NCBI GenBank assembly: GCA_965279305.1 | Contig: OZ257143.1 | Span: forward strand, 240,001 to 272,000 | Source of the DNA: Gammaproteobacteria bacterium | GTDB taxonomy: Bacteria > Pseudomonadota > Gammaproteobacteria > JBIOEC01 | Length of the DNA: 32,000 bases | Direction of reading: 5' to 3' | Shown here: positions 1 to 9,900 of the stretch, one piece after another | Position numbering within the stretch: position 1 is the stretch's first letter | Layout: every line of letters starts with the position of its first letter | Translations under genes and position numbers: made by a program | Notes under the pieces: model-generated | Told to the model about the DNA's origin: nothing | The model's input: only the letters and a program-made list of their open reading frames with translations | Database searches by the model: none

Positions 1-103
1 CTAGCAGATCCACCCGAAAAACTGGCATATCCGCCATTTCAATCTCTTCTGGCTGTGGTTTTGGAGCTTGAGCTCCTTTGAATAATTGACTTAGGCTCTT
101 CAT
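1..103 (-). CDS. hypothetical protein, N-terminal fragment (continues beyond window start)
   Basis: ATG at 103-101 opens a frame that reaches position 1 without a stop (MKSLSQLFKGAQAPKPQPEEIEMADMPVFRVDLL...). Only 34 codons are visible and there is no recognisable domain. Confidence 0.25.
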   Translation of the reverse strand, partial: MKSLSQLFKGAQAPKPQPEEIEMADMPVFRVDLL

Positions 104-335
104 ATATCATTCTCAGACTTCTAAACTAATGAGGCGAAAATGGAAGAGTACCTTATATGGGTTAGCTACATCAATTGGTAAAACTCTGAAGTTGATGTGA
201 GAGATTGCGCACAAATTGAACAAAGATGCAAATTAGGATTCAGGGTCTTTGTATTTAATATTGTTTGTGAAGCTGCAGAATTACCCTATTAACTACGGTG
301 TTTTCAGTTTTAGCTAATAAATAGTTAGCGCCGTA

Positions 336-2087
336 TTATGCGGGAGCTGCTATAGCTACTGCTTTTCCTATTCTAGCTAAAGGAGCAGTAACTGGCGCTG
401 GTTTTTCAATATTATTTTCTTGCTCACTAAAAGGATACCATTTTACTTTATATTCTTTTGCATAGTCTTTTGCTGTTTTTCCACTATCAGAAGTGACACT
501 TTCATCAGCACCCAGTTTTTTTAAAATGAGAGCACATTCTTTCTTATTATTGATAACAGCATAATGCAATAAAGTTCTACCTGAGCTTTTACCAGTTTGG
601 TTAATATCAAAGCCTCTGGCAATAGCATTTTTTAAAGTTGCTTCAAATTTTTCAAACTTATTCGCCATAAGTTGCGCAATAAGCGCTAATCTAATTTCAT
701 CCGCTTCTTCAGCTGATAATGCTGCATCATCTTCTTCTACTAATGTGTTTTCTTCGTCATATCCTTCTTCTTCATTATCAGTTTCATATCCATCATCACT
801 CTCTGAATCAGATGCATCCAGATTAGTATAAAGATTCATATTGGCTTGAAACATCATCAGTAAATCCTGAGAATCTGCCTGTCTTCGTACTCCGCTTATA
901 TCAGCAGTTGTTGGAAGAGTGGCGCTAAGACGCCCATCTAAACCAATATATACAATATATCCATTTCGATCCGCGGCAATTTTATTCGCTATTTGTAATA
1001 ATTTTGCACCATAATGATTAGCTAAATTATCAACGAGTGAAGTTTCTTTAGTTTCACTTTGGCCTTTGAGAGCATTACCCAGCTTAGTATAGCTTCCACC
1101 CGAATTAGATAATCCATATTTTATAGGATGATATGTCGGGTTAAATGGGCGGTTAAATGATGGGTAACGGATTTTTTCTGTATGAACAACATGTTTTTTT
1201 CCTATGCGCGTTTTAAAGGTAGTTTCACGCTCATTTAACTGTCTATCTTTTATATCAATTTCTTTTGCCGCTTGCAGTACGGATAAAAACATGGGTTCAT
1301 TGCGAGATAAGCTATCCACGGTATGAAAAAACATTTGTACATAACCTACTTTAGGATGTTTCGCTCGCCCATTTTGTTTTTTGTCTTTTTGGTTTTGTAA
1401 ATAAATAGGACTTAATTTTCCATGGGAAAGCTCTGCCTTTGCTCCTAATGCATAATAAAGAGCATGCGTAGGATCATCTGCGGTAGAGATATAAGGATTT
1501 TCGGGTGTAGGCAAAATCTGAAAAGTAGAATACGTTTTATCAGCGCCTTCTGCTCTAAATTCAGCATAATTATTCACATATCGTTGATAATGTCTGAGCA
1601 GTTGATTGTTATGTGAACGTTTGTTTCCAAACCATGCCTGATCATCACATTCTTGAGTTTCTAGCTTATAAAACCCGTCTTCTAGCTGTTTAACCGCCGT
1701 ATGCATTTGGCTACGCTGTTGAGATGATACAGGCTGATTAAGAGGAACTTTTGCAAGCGCATAAACAGCAGGCGCATATAAGGAAGCTGAAGAAGTTGTT
1801 ACTGATTGCCGCACTAGTTTACGATCGGCAGAATCAAATAGGGTTTCAAAAAAATGTACGCCACGATAATGTACTACAAATAAAGGAGGATATTCACTTA
1901 AATCAACTTCTTCACCTTCAGCTATTTTGTTGTTTATTTCTGCAATAATTTTATTTAGTTCTGTTCGGCTAGGGGCTTTGTTGCCTATGGGTTCAGGCGC
2001 ATGCAACGGCTCATCTTGATCAGAATCAGAGCTATAATCGCTCTCGCCTTCTTTTGCTGTCAAATCTGAGACTTTTACCAACGGCAT
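336..2087 (-). CDS. ankyrin-repeat protein with an unknown N-terminal domain (effector-like)
   Basis: 583-aa ORF with a GGGGGGA SD 5 nt upstream of the ATG. The C-terminal segment GFDINQTGKSSGRTLLHYAVINNKKECALILKKLGADESVTSDSGKTAKDYA (about nt 459-638) matches the ANK consensus (TpLHyA...LL..GAd). A long acidic linker (DASDSESDDGYETDNEEEGYDEE) precedes it. The N-terminal 440 aa are unrecognised. Confidence 0.8.
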   Translation of the reverse strand: MPLVKVSDLTAKEGESDYSSDSDQDEPLHAPEPIGNKAPSRTELNKIIAEINNKIAEGEEVDLSEYPPLFVVHYRGVHFFETLFDSADRKLVRQSVTTSSASLYAPAVYALAKVPLNQPVSSQQRSQMHTAVKQLEDGFYKLETQECDDQAWFGNKRSHNNQLLRHYQRYVNNYAEFRAEGADKTYSTFQILPTPENPYISTADDPTHALYYALGAKAELSHGKLSPIYLQNQKDKKQNGRAKHPKVGYVQMFFHTVDSLSRNEPMFLSVLQAAKEIDIKDRQLNERETTFKTRIGKKHVVHTEKIRYPSFNRPFNPTYHPIKYGLSNSGGSYTKLGNALKGQSETKETSLVDNLANHYGAKLLQIANKIAADRNGYIVYIGLDGRLSATLPTTADISGVRRQADSQDLLMMFQANMNLYTNLDASDSESDDGYETDNEEEGYDEENTLVEEDDAALSAEEADEIRLALIAQLMANKFEKFEATLKNAIARGFDINQTGKSSGRTLLHYAVINNKKECALILKKLGADESVTSDSGKTAKDYAKEYKVKWYPFSEQENNIEKPAPVTAPLARIGKAVAIAAPA

Positions 2088-2233
2088 GATATCCCCCCAA
2101 AAAAACTATTTATCTACCTAAGTACAGCATACTGAATACCTACCCCATATTCAATACCACAGAGTGAGTTGCGGTTTTGATATGGGTTTGGGAGAATGCT
2201 CAAACAGTATATAAACATGCCATAAAGGGAATT

Positions 2234-2980
2234 ATGAAACGAACCATATCTGCTTTTTTGCTAGCGTCAGCTTATATTTCTCCTGCTTTTTCACAGTATT
2301 CTTTTTATCCTTTTCCGCATTACGCGCCAGAGAATGCTGTTTATATAACAGCGGGCGGTGGTGTAGCTGGGATAATGAATAGCAATTTTTATCGCGATCC
2401 CCTTCCGCCGCCTTATCTTGAAATCCGGCAACCTAGCAGTTCTGATACGGTGGTGGGAACCGTTAATGGAGCCGTTGGGTATCAATTTAGTACCATTCCT
2501 ATACGTGCTGAGGTGGCTTATCGCTGGTATGACACAGCTACCTACAAATGGGATATTCTTTATGAAGGGTACGATAATCATGATGGAAATGCCACGATAG
2601 ACTCTCAAACGGTTTTATTTAATCTTTATTTTGATTGGTATAACACCACAAGACTTACGCCTTTTATTGGCGCAGGCATTGGATACTACAACAATGAATC
2701 CACTTTCGATCACTCGTTTGTGGATACCGGTATGGATTTGCCTCCCGCGCATAATACGAATGAAGGGTTAGCATGGACAGCTATTTTAGGGCTGAAATAC
2801 GAAATAACAGAAGCATGGCTAATTGATATACGTGCAGAATATACGGATTTGGGAAGCGTTTATATTTATACCGATACAGGTCCCAATGGTTCTAATCCAG
2901 GAAAACAGCCATTTATGAAAACCAATGAATTATCAGCAATAAGTGGCTTGCTTAATATCACTTATGCTTATAACTTGTAA
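2234..2980 (+). CDS. small beta-barrel outer membrane protein (OmpA/OmpX-like beta-barrel family), paralog 1
   Basis: I prefer the ATG at 2234 (AAAGGGA SD 6 nt upstream) over the TTG at 2177. This gives a signal peptide MKRTISAFLLASAYISPAFS/Q. The body has alternating aromatic/hydrophobic strands (AEVAYRW, PFIGAGIGY, LGLKYEI, IRAEYTDLG) and a C-terminal beta-signal-like ITYAYNL. Confidence 0.75.
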   Translation: MKRTISAFLLASAYISPAFSQYSFYPFPHYAPENAVYITAGGGVAGIMNSNFYRDPLPPPYLEIRQPSSSDTVVGTVNGAVGYQFSTIPIRAEVAYRWYDTATYKWDILYEGYDNHDGNATIDSQTVLFNLYFDWYNTTRLTPFIGAGIGYYNNESTFDHSFVDTGMDLPPAHNTNEGLAWTAILGLKYEITEAWLIDIRAEYTDLGSVYIYTDTGPNGSNPGKQPFMKTNELSAISGLLNITYAYNL

Positions 2981-3052
2981 TGAGTGAGTTGCGCTTTGGC
3001 TATTGCCCTGCCAAAATACTCAGAAGGTTTTCACGATGTCATAAAGGGAATT

Positions 3053-3790
3053 ATGAAACGAACCATATCTGCTTTTTTGCTAGCGTTAGCTTATATTTCC
3101 CCTGCTTTTTCACAGTATTCTTTTTATCCTTTTCCGCATTACGCTCCTGAAAGTGCTGTTTATATCACCATGGGCGGTGGTGTTTCATGGGTAGAGCATG
3201 ATGATTTTTATCGTCATCCTATTACTCCCACTGCTTTCTTAGAAGTCAGACAACCCTCCAGCTCAGATAATGTGGTGGCGAGTATTAATGCGGCCATTGG
3301 TTATCAATTTCACGTAGTACCCTTGCGCGCAGAAGTCGCTTATCGTTGGATTGATGACGCTCACTATGAATGGGATCCCCTTTTTGTTGTTTATGAAGGC
3401 CACTTCGGCCCTGGTAAAATCGGATCCGAAGCCGTTTTATTTAACGTCTACTTTGATTACTACAATACTACCCGCTTCATACCTTTTATCGGCGCAGGCA
3501 TAGGATATGCGCAAAATAGATCTACTTTTACCATAAAAGGCGATGGCGTTCCTGAGGTTGCTCAACATAACACTGATGATAATTTTGCCTGGGGAGCCAG
3601 TGCAGGCGTAAAATATGAAATCAGCTCTAGCTTATTTGTTGATGTTAGAGCGGAATATCTTTCTTTAGGAGAAGTTCAGTTAAATGAACTCTTTCAAGGA
3701 AACAGTGTAGCCCTCATGAAAACTGACGAGTTATATACTATTAGTGCACTAGCGAATATCACTTACGCTTATAATTTCCTCAAAAAATAA
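3053..3790 (+). CDS. small beta-barrel outer membrane protein, paralog 2
   Basis: ATG at 3053 with the same SD and a near-identical signal peptide (MKRTISAFLLALAYISPAFS/Q). The strand motifs match paralog 1, and the protein ends ITYAYNFLKK. Confidence 0.75.
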   Translation: MKRTISAFLLALAYISPAFSQYSFYPFPHYAPESAVYITMGGGVSWVEHDDFYRHPITPTAFLEVRQPSSSDNVVASINAAIGYQFHVVPLRAEVAYRWIDDAHYEWDPLFVVYEGHFGPGKIGSEAVLFNVYFDYYNTTRFIPFIGAGIGYAQNRSTFTIKGDGVPEVAQHNTDDNFAWGASAGVKYEISSSLFVDVRAEYLSLGEVQLNELFQGNSVALMKTDELYTISALANITYAYNFLKK

Positions 3791-3936
3791 GTTCCTGTTT
3801 CGATAAAAAATATTCAAATACCTTTAGTCTGTTTTTTTTATATAATCTCGATCGAGCTGATCTCTTAGCGTGAAATCAGATTTCGTCTCTTGTTCAATTC
3901 TCATTTTGTGATATTGTGCAGTTTTTGAGGTGAAAA

Positions 3937-5631
3937 ATGCTAAAATCCCACTTTCAACCGGACGATAGTAAGGCAAATCTAATTCCCATTGGAACTGCAG
4001 CACTACCTGAAGATTTAGAAGCAAGCGGTATTAACACCGCTCAAGTGACTACTCCTACATTATTATCTATTCATTTAAGTATACTAAGTAGAATTATCGA
4101 TGCGCTAAAATCTCCACGTTCGATGGCGGTTATTGAAGCGCTTGCACAAGCATTTACGGGTTTATTAGTTGCAGTACGATTAACAGGAACAAGCTATCTT
4201 CTCTCACAGCTTGGTTTTGCAGCAGCAGGCCCCATTATTGCCGGTGTAGAAGGTTTAACAGCAGGAGTGATCTTTGCTTTAGGTGCGCTCGGTTTGTTAT
4301 TTACCATTGGCCCTTACTTTGAGAAAAAAGAAACCGATACAGAAGAAACAATAACAGAAAGACTAAAAATTGCTGGTAATATTGTTAAAGCGGCTTTGAT
4401 TATCACTGGAATAACCAGCGCATTACTTGTCATTCTTTATGTCTCTATTGAACCCATATTAAAATCCATATTTCCATTAGAACCAGAAGCAGCAACAGAA
4501 GCCGGCCAATTTTTCCTTGGTTATGCTCCTGGTATTGGCCCTGAACTTATTGTTACTGTTATTTTTTGTATTTTTTTCCAAGCAAGAGAATTTTATATTC
4601 CACTATTACTTTCATTATTGAACACCTTTGACACTCTTTTATTCAGTTATTATTTAGGATTTAATGCGAATTTAGGTTCTTTTGGTGTAGGTTTAGGAAA
4701 CAGTATAGCTTTTATTATTACTGCCTCTTTCACATTTTTATATCTTTTTTTAAGAAAAACATATATTCCACTTCAATTGCTTTCAGGTTGGAAAGGCACC
4801 CATATAAAATTATTTAATCTATTTACCTGGGTAAATCCTGATATAACAAAACATTTTGCTGAACTATTAAAAAAAGGCGGTGTAACGGCTTTGAATAACG
4901 CCACTGAATGGTTGAACTTATTTCTTATTGCTGTAGTGGTAGGAATATTTGGCTCAGCTAATGTTTTAGCCGCTATACAACCTACTATGCAATGGTTAAC
5001 ATTATTTGGGTTTTTAATACAAAATTTTGGTACGGCTATAGGTTCATTAATTTCTCGTGATCCGACTAATAGAGATACTAACAACTTAAGATCTTTATTA
5101 ACTAATAACACAGTTAATATGACAATGGCTATTATTATTTCCATTATTTTTTATTTTTACCGTGAACCTTTAAGTAATTTATTTTTATCTCCCAATACCG
5201 ATCAGGCAACACAAGAATTATCACAACTCATACTTATTGCCGGTATCGTTGGTTTAATTCCAGATTCATCACGAAATGTAGCCAGCGGAACATTAAGAGG
5301 ACTCGGTAAATTTTTATCGCCAATATTAATTTCTTTACTACTGATGACTATTGTAGGTATACCTGTGGGCTATGGAGCGACTGTTGCTACCGAACAAAAT
5401 TGGGCATGGTTATTTGGCGTGCGAGATATTAGCTTGTTGGTAACTGCTGTTATTCTTAATACACTTGCATGCAAGAAATTACGCTCCCCGGAAACAGTTC
5501 CTACCGCAGAACTCACAGAGTTAGAGGATTTATCTGGTTCATTAAATGCGTTGCCTAATTCATCAAGCGAACTACTTTCTACTGCCCCTTCACCAAGAAC
5601 TCCTCCAGCAGAAACTCTTGCGCCATGTTAA
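3937..5631 (+). CDS. divergent MATE-like multi-pass membrane protein
   Basis: 564 aa with a GAGGTGA SD. It has 10-12 hydrophobic segments. The second-half motif LLKKGGVTALNNATEWLNLFLIAVVVGIFGSANVLAAIQ and the late motif SGTLRGLGKFLSPILISLLLMTIVGIPVGYG resemble MATE/NorM signatures (G.P...E...f......G...lAA.q; gaLRG.Gdt..p). It also has hydrophilic N- and C-terminal extensions. Confidence 0.6.
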   Translation: MLKSHFQPDDSKANLIPIGTAALPEDLEASGINTAQVTTPTLLSIHLSILSRIIDALKSPRSMAVIEALAQAFTGLLVAVRLTGTSYLLSQLGFAAAGPIIAGVEGLTAGVIFALGALGLLFTIGPYFEKKETDTEETITERLKIAGNIVKAALIITGITSALLVILYVSIEPILKSIFPLEPEAATEAGQFFLGYAPGIGPELIVTVIFCIFFQAREFYIPLLLSLLNTFDTLLFSYYLGFNANLGSFGVGLGNSIAFIITASFTFLYLFLRKTYIPLQLLSGWKGTHIKLFNLFTWVNPDITKHFAELLKKGGVTALNNATEWLNLFLIAVVVGIFGSANVLAAIQPTMQWLTLFGFLIQNFGTAIGSLISRDPTNRDTNNLRSLLTNNTVNMTMAIIISIIFYFYREPLSNLFLSPNTDQATQELSQLILIAGIVGLIPDSSRNVASGTLRGLGKFLSPILISLLLMTIVGIPVGYGATVATEQNWAWLFGVRDISLLVTAVILNTLACKKLRSPETVPTAELTELEDLSGSLNALPNSSSELLSTAPSPRTPPAETLAPC

Positions 5632-5665
5632 CTATCAAAAAAATAATTATAATATCTCTTTATCA

Positions 5666-6835
5666 CTAGGTGGCCACAAGAGCGTTTTGATAACCTGGTT
5701 CAGGTAGTGGGCATCTGATTTCTTCTTCTCTGAGTAATGCCATGGTTTCGGGGAAAAAATTATCTCTAGCAGATAATGAAAGCGTTTGAAAAAGCAATTC
5801 AAATCTTTCCATTATTAAGTCTATCTCAATGCGATCTGTGTAATATTCCTTTAAAACTCTTGAAACCGAATCTATTAAATCAAAAATATTGGCTTCCGGA
5901 TCTAATGATTTTGTATGGATATAATATTTTCCATCTGATATTTCAAAATGAATAATATTTCTTCTGAAAGGGCATTCATCTTTAAAACTAAAAAAAGCAG
6001 CTTTTCCATTTCTACTCATTTCATTCGAAAATTTATCATAAAGCTCTTTTGATAACTCCTGGCGAGTAACTGTGCTCCATAATAAACTGGTTTTTGCTGC
6101 GTCACGATATTGTTTAAACAGAGTTACTTCTTTAACGCTTAAATTTCCTAGTGAAATTCCGCCAACACTTTTAATCCACATTTCTTTAAAATATTTTATT
6201 CTTTCTATACCTTTATCTAATGAAATCGGCAAATTTTTCAGCCGTAAAATTGAGTTATCATCTATTAAAAACTCAACTTTTGCTTTCGTTTTTCCTTTAG
6301 TAACAGATAGCTCTGTCATATTTAAATATAGGGGAAAACAAACGGCCACTTCATGCGAAGGACAATTTGGTGTGTTATGACGTAAATGTGTTAAAAAGTG
6401 AGAGGCTTCATGTGAAATTTTTTCTATAAATATATTTGACACATTAGACACAATATGAATTTTTCTTGTTCTTTGCTCATATGAAGCAGTAAAGTGATTT
6501 TTTTGCGGCAAATCTTCTGGCTCGCATACAATAACCATGCCACGATTAACAGCTAACTCCAGGTTTCTTCTGGCCGAATCTAAGGTGTTGATCCCTTCTT
6601 CTATTATTTGAATAATGCGAGAGCAGTTGTAATCACCCACTGTCCCATTAAATAAAGGATTTAGCACAATCGTGTTATTGATGGCTTCTATTAACGTAGG
6701 AGGGGCAAAAGGCACTGTATTTTCCTGCTGGCGAGACGATAGCCTATAAACCATGGCAGCCAATATCCCAATGCTGATGCTTAATAGGGTATATATAGAG
6801 AATGGAGTTGGTCTGCGATGGGCTACAGGTGGCAT
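5666..6835 (-). CDS. membrane-anchored hypothetical protein with an HExxH zinc-metallopeptidase-like motif
   Basis: 389 aa with an N-terminal TM helix (FSIYTLLSISIGILAAMVY). HEASH at aa 142-146 (nt 6398-6412, verified on the DNA) sits in the hydrophobic context IEKISHEASHFLTH. Further His/Glu follow (H150, H153, H161-E162). Confidence 0.6.
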   Translation of the reverse strand: MPPVAHRRPTPFSIYTLLSISIGILAAMVYRLSSRQQENTVPFAPPTLIEAINNTIVLNPLFNGTVGDYNCSRIIQIIEEGINTLDSARRNLELAVNRGMVIVCEPEDLPQKNHFTASYEQRTRKIHIVSNVSNIFIEKISHEASHFLTHLRHNTPNCPSHEVAVCFPLYLNMTELSVTKGKTKAKVEFLIDDNSILRLKNLPISLDKGIERIKYFKEMWIKSVGGISLGNLSVKEVTLFKQYRDAAKTSLLWSTVTRQELSKELYDKFSNEMSRNGKAAFFSFKDECPFRRNIIHFEISDGKYYIHTKSLDPEANIFDLIDSVSRVLKEYYTDRIEIDLIMERFELLFQTLSLSARDNFFPETMALLREEEIRCPLPEPGYQNALVAT

Positions 6836-6914
6836 AAAACATCTTAAAAATAAGTTATTAAACTTAATAGTACTTTAATATGTGCATAAAATCAATAACA
6901 ACTAAGAATTAAGA

Positions 6915-9900
6915 TTAGACAACTACCGGAACATTCGCTAGTGCTGCTGGTGCGGGAGCAAGTGCTGGGGTTTGTGTTAATGTGGGATCAACACAGTCTT
7001 TACCAAATTCATTATATACGTATAAAAGACCATCAATAATTCTATTAATTTTATCTACGGCAGAAGGAGTGGTGATACCCATACTACTCAGTATTGGCAT
7101 TCGATGTTGATTCATCAGACCTGGTTGGTTTCTAACTCTTTTTAAAGCAACAATTATCTCCTCAAAATCTCTGACTGTCATATTCTTAATTTTTGCATAC
7201 AAAGATAAATGAACGACATCTAATACTAAAAAACGTGGCTTAGTCAGCATTAAGTCAAACTCAGCCAGGCCTAAACTTGATTTAATTAAAACCTCAACGC
7301 CATCGTCATAAATAAATCTTTCACTTAATATAGAATTTTTATTAGATCTTTCTGTATAATCAAAATCATTTAAAAAAGAAACAAGGCTTGACACAGCATT
7401 ATGTCTTGAAATCGATGTATCGTCATTATAGTGACCAAGAATTTTAGAACGGGTTTCTTTTGATAGTTTAATATTATAAATGCAATCGCAAACTCTATTA
7501 TAATACGAATCACTTTGCCTTTTAATCTCTGGCAAAACACGTTTAAATGCTTCAGAAACAAGATTCACTTCTTCAAGTGACAAATCATATCTTTTTAACT
7601 CTGTTAAAATAATCACTACAGCTTCAATAAAGCTTTTTGTTATTCCATTTTTCAATGTAAATTCTGATCCTAAAAAAGTAACTGGCCTATGAATTCTTAA
7701 ATAATTCAAGCCTATATTGTCGGTTTCACTTAAAGCCAGGATACCGATTAAAAAACTGACCATTTCAAACTTTTTTTGCTCAGTAGTTTTTTTCGTTACT
7801 TTATCGGTTAAAAAATAATCGCGCAGCCTTGTTAAATAATCCTGCTTATCATTACCTAAACCATCCAGTCCATCTGTAAATATTTTATTTAATACTCTAT
7901 AGGCAATTACTCTATCGTAAAAATATATTTCAGTGTAGTTTTTGTGATAGAGCTTCTTTGCTTCTAGACTGTTTCTCAATGGTTCTTCATTTAAAAACCC
8001 AGACAAATCATCAAAAAACGAATTTCTTTCAGTTTCATTTAAACCTCTTATTATTTCATCAAGCCGAACTATAATAAATTTCAAAATATAAGTTTTTTTT
8101 CTATCTGCATCATGATATATATCAGCTTTATTTCTATTTTCAGCTTTAATATACAATCTAATTTCTTCATTTATTTTTTCTTCAAATTTAAAATTCGATA
8201 GTAATCCCTTGAAAATATTTAAATCACAGGAATAAAAATCTATTCTGTATGACTCATGATAAAGCTGTCTGAATTTTTCCTCATAGCCTATTATTGAAGC
8301 CACTCTAAAAACTTCTTTCCTTTCGTTAATCAAAGCCCATTTATCAAAAAATAACTTCTTTTTATCGGCTGGTATTTCACTGTTTTTTTTAAAAAGATTG
8401 ATAACGTCATCACTACTCACCTTTCTTATGGCATTATCATCATCCATTATTTTATCTAAAACAACAGGAGAGCAAAAATCCATATCCACATGAAATATAG
8501 GCTCATAATATTTCTCCATATAAGCTGCGTCTTTGTATTTTTTTGCCATATCAAATAATGCATTTCTTTCACTCGTATTAAATTCGGATATAGGGATTGA
8601 GGTAGGGACTCTAAAAATAACAGCTGATAATTTTTTATTCTCATCGCTGGGATCTTGGTAAATAAAATTTCTTCTATTTATAAAGTTTTCCAAAATAAAT
8701 AGCACTTTATTTACATAAATAGATCCATAACATACCTCTTCAAATACTTCTTTTTTAGAATGGTCTCTAACCCTGTCAGAGATATCTCGTCCACCCATAT
8801 TTTCAGTAAAACGTAATAGCCTTGGTAAAACCGCCAATGCAGAAGTATTTCTATTGATAAATTGTTTAACTCTTTTAGCATTTCCTAGGGTAGAAACTAA
8901 TTGAAAAAATTCGTCTTCTGTATTGATTTCAAAAACAGCTTGCGAAGCTACCCATTGATGAAGTTCATCATCTAAACCATTTAGTGCTGAATTTAACAGT
9001 CTAAAATCATCACAAGACTTAACCCATTTTTCATAACCTTCCCCTCGAATAGCGATGGCCATTACTTCTAACACGGCTTGAAGCTGAACTTTATTACCTT
9101 CAGCATATAGATCATTATGTAATCTCTTGGCCTTGGCAGGTGTTTTGTCTTCTAATATACTTTTTATATATTTAACAATAATGTCTTTTTCTGCAGAGGT
9201 CATACCATCTCGTCTACCCGTGCCCATTAATGCGGTTTGAATATGACGCACTTGATCAATCAATGAACTGGTAGAAGGGATAGGAGCAACGACTTCTGTA
9301 GAGATTTCTTTTATTTCTGGTGCCAACAATCTAATTTCTGCTAACGCTTCTAATTGTGCATTGCTTGCTAAGATGCTATGAACTCGGCCTTGTTCAATCA
9401 TTCCTGAACAGTTACGGTGAAGGTGGTTATCTAAATCTAATGCAAGCGCTTCTAAACCCGTACTCGATATCACACTTACAGTGCTTTCCGAAGCTTGTCG
9501 ATATTGATCGGGAATACCAACATATACATAAAAAAATCGTGTGACGGCACGTAAGCTTGCTGAACCTGCTTTATCATCCGTTGCATCCATTGTTCCCGGA
9601 TTTGCAAGATTTCCCTTTGCATAAATACTTCCATAATGTAATCCCTGAGCTAATACCAATAGATGAGTGGGAAGAGAAAAACGAGTGATAAATAGTGCTT
9701 TAACCCATTCGCAATAATCATGATAGTCGCCAGGCTCAAAAGTCTCTGCTATTTCTTCTTTGCTAGGAACTTTATTGGCTGATAAATCGAGTTCTTCTAA
9801 CGCAGATACTTCAGCAAAATATTTAGGATGAATTTGATGCTTGCTAATATACTTATTTTTGTACTCAATAATTCTGGGTATTTCTTCTGAAACAATAAGC

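Larger units (their letters stand above)
2162..3790 (+). repeat. tandem duplication (about 820-bp unit, 2 copies) containing the two OMP genes
   Basis: The 12-mer GAGTGAGTTGCG starts each unit (2162 and 2982). Positions 2221-2325 and 3040-3144 differ at only 2 of 105 nt by manual alignment. The rest of the unit has diverged to roughly 55-60% amino acid identity. Confidence 0.8.

Noticed and set aside
2093-2105. C6A7 homopolymer run in the leader or SD of the ANK gene as a phase-variation tract
   Set aside because: Both runs are shorter than tracts that typically slip at an appreciable rate (8 or more). On the coding strand the G-run simply serves as the SD.
2177-3052. Longer N-terminal extensions of the two OMP genes (TTG 2177, and the ORF-track start at 2984, codon not checked)
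   Set aside because: Internal ATGs at 2234 and 3053 are preceded by an identical AAAGGGA SD and immediately encode a canonical signal peptide. The upstream extensions differ between the paralogs and would bury that signal peptide.
5617-5631. C-terminal Cys of the 564-aa MATE-like protein (…TLAPC) as a CaaX prenylation motif
   Set aside because: In a CaaX box the Cys is four residues from the end, whereas here it is the last residue. This matches no prenylation consensus that I can name.
1751-9544. Short nested ORFs (1751-1948, 2291-2608, 2418-2600, 3824-4024, 4773-5144, 6072-6380, 7370-7561, 8456-8644, 9356-9544)
   Set aside because: Each lies inside or opposite a much longer, better-supported ORF. 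In AT-rich DNA, stop-poor alternative frames of 60-120 codons are expected by chance.
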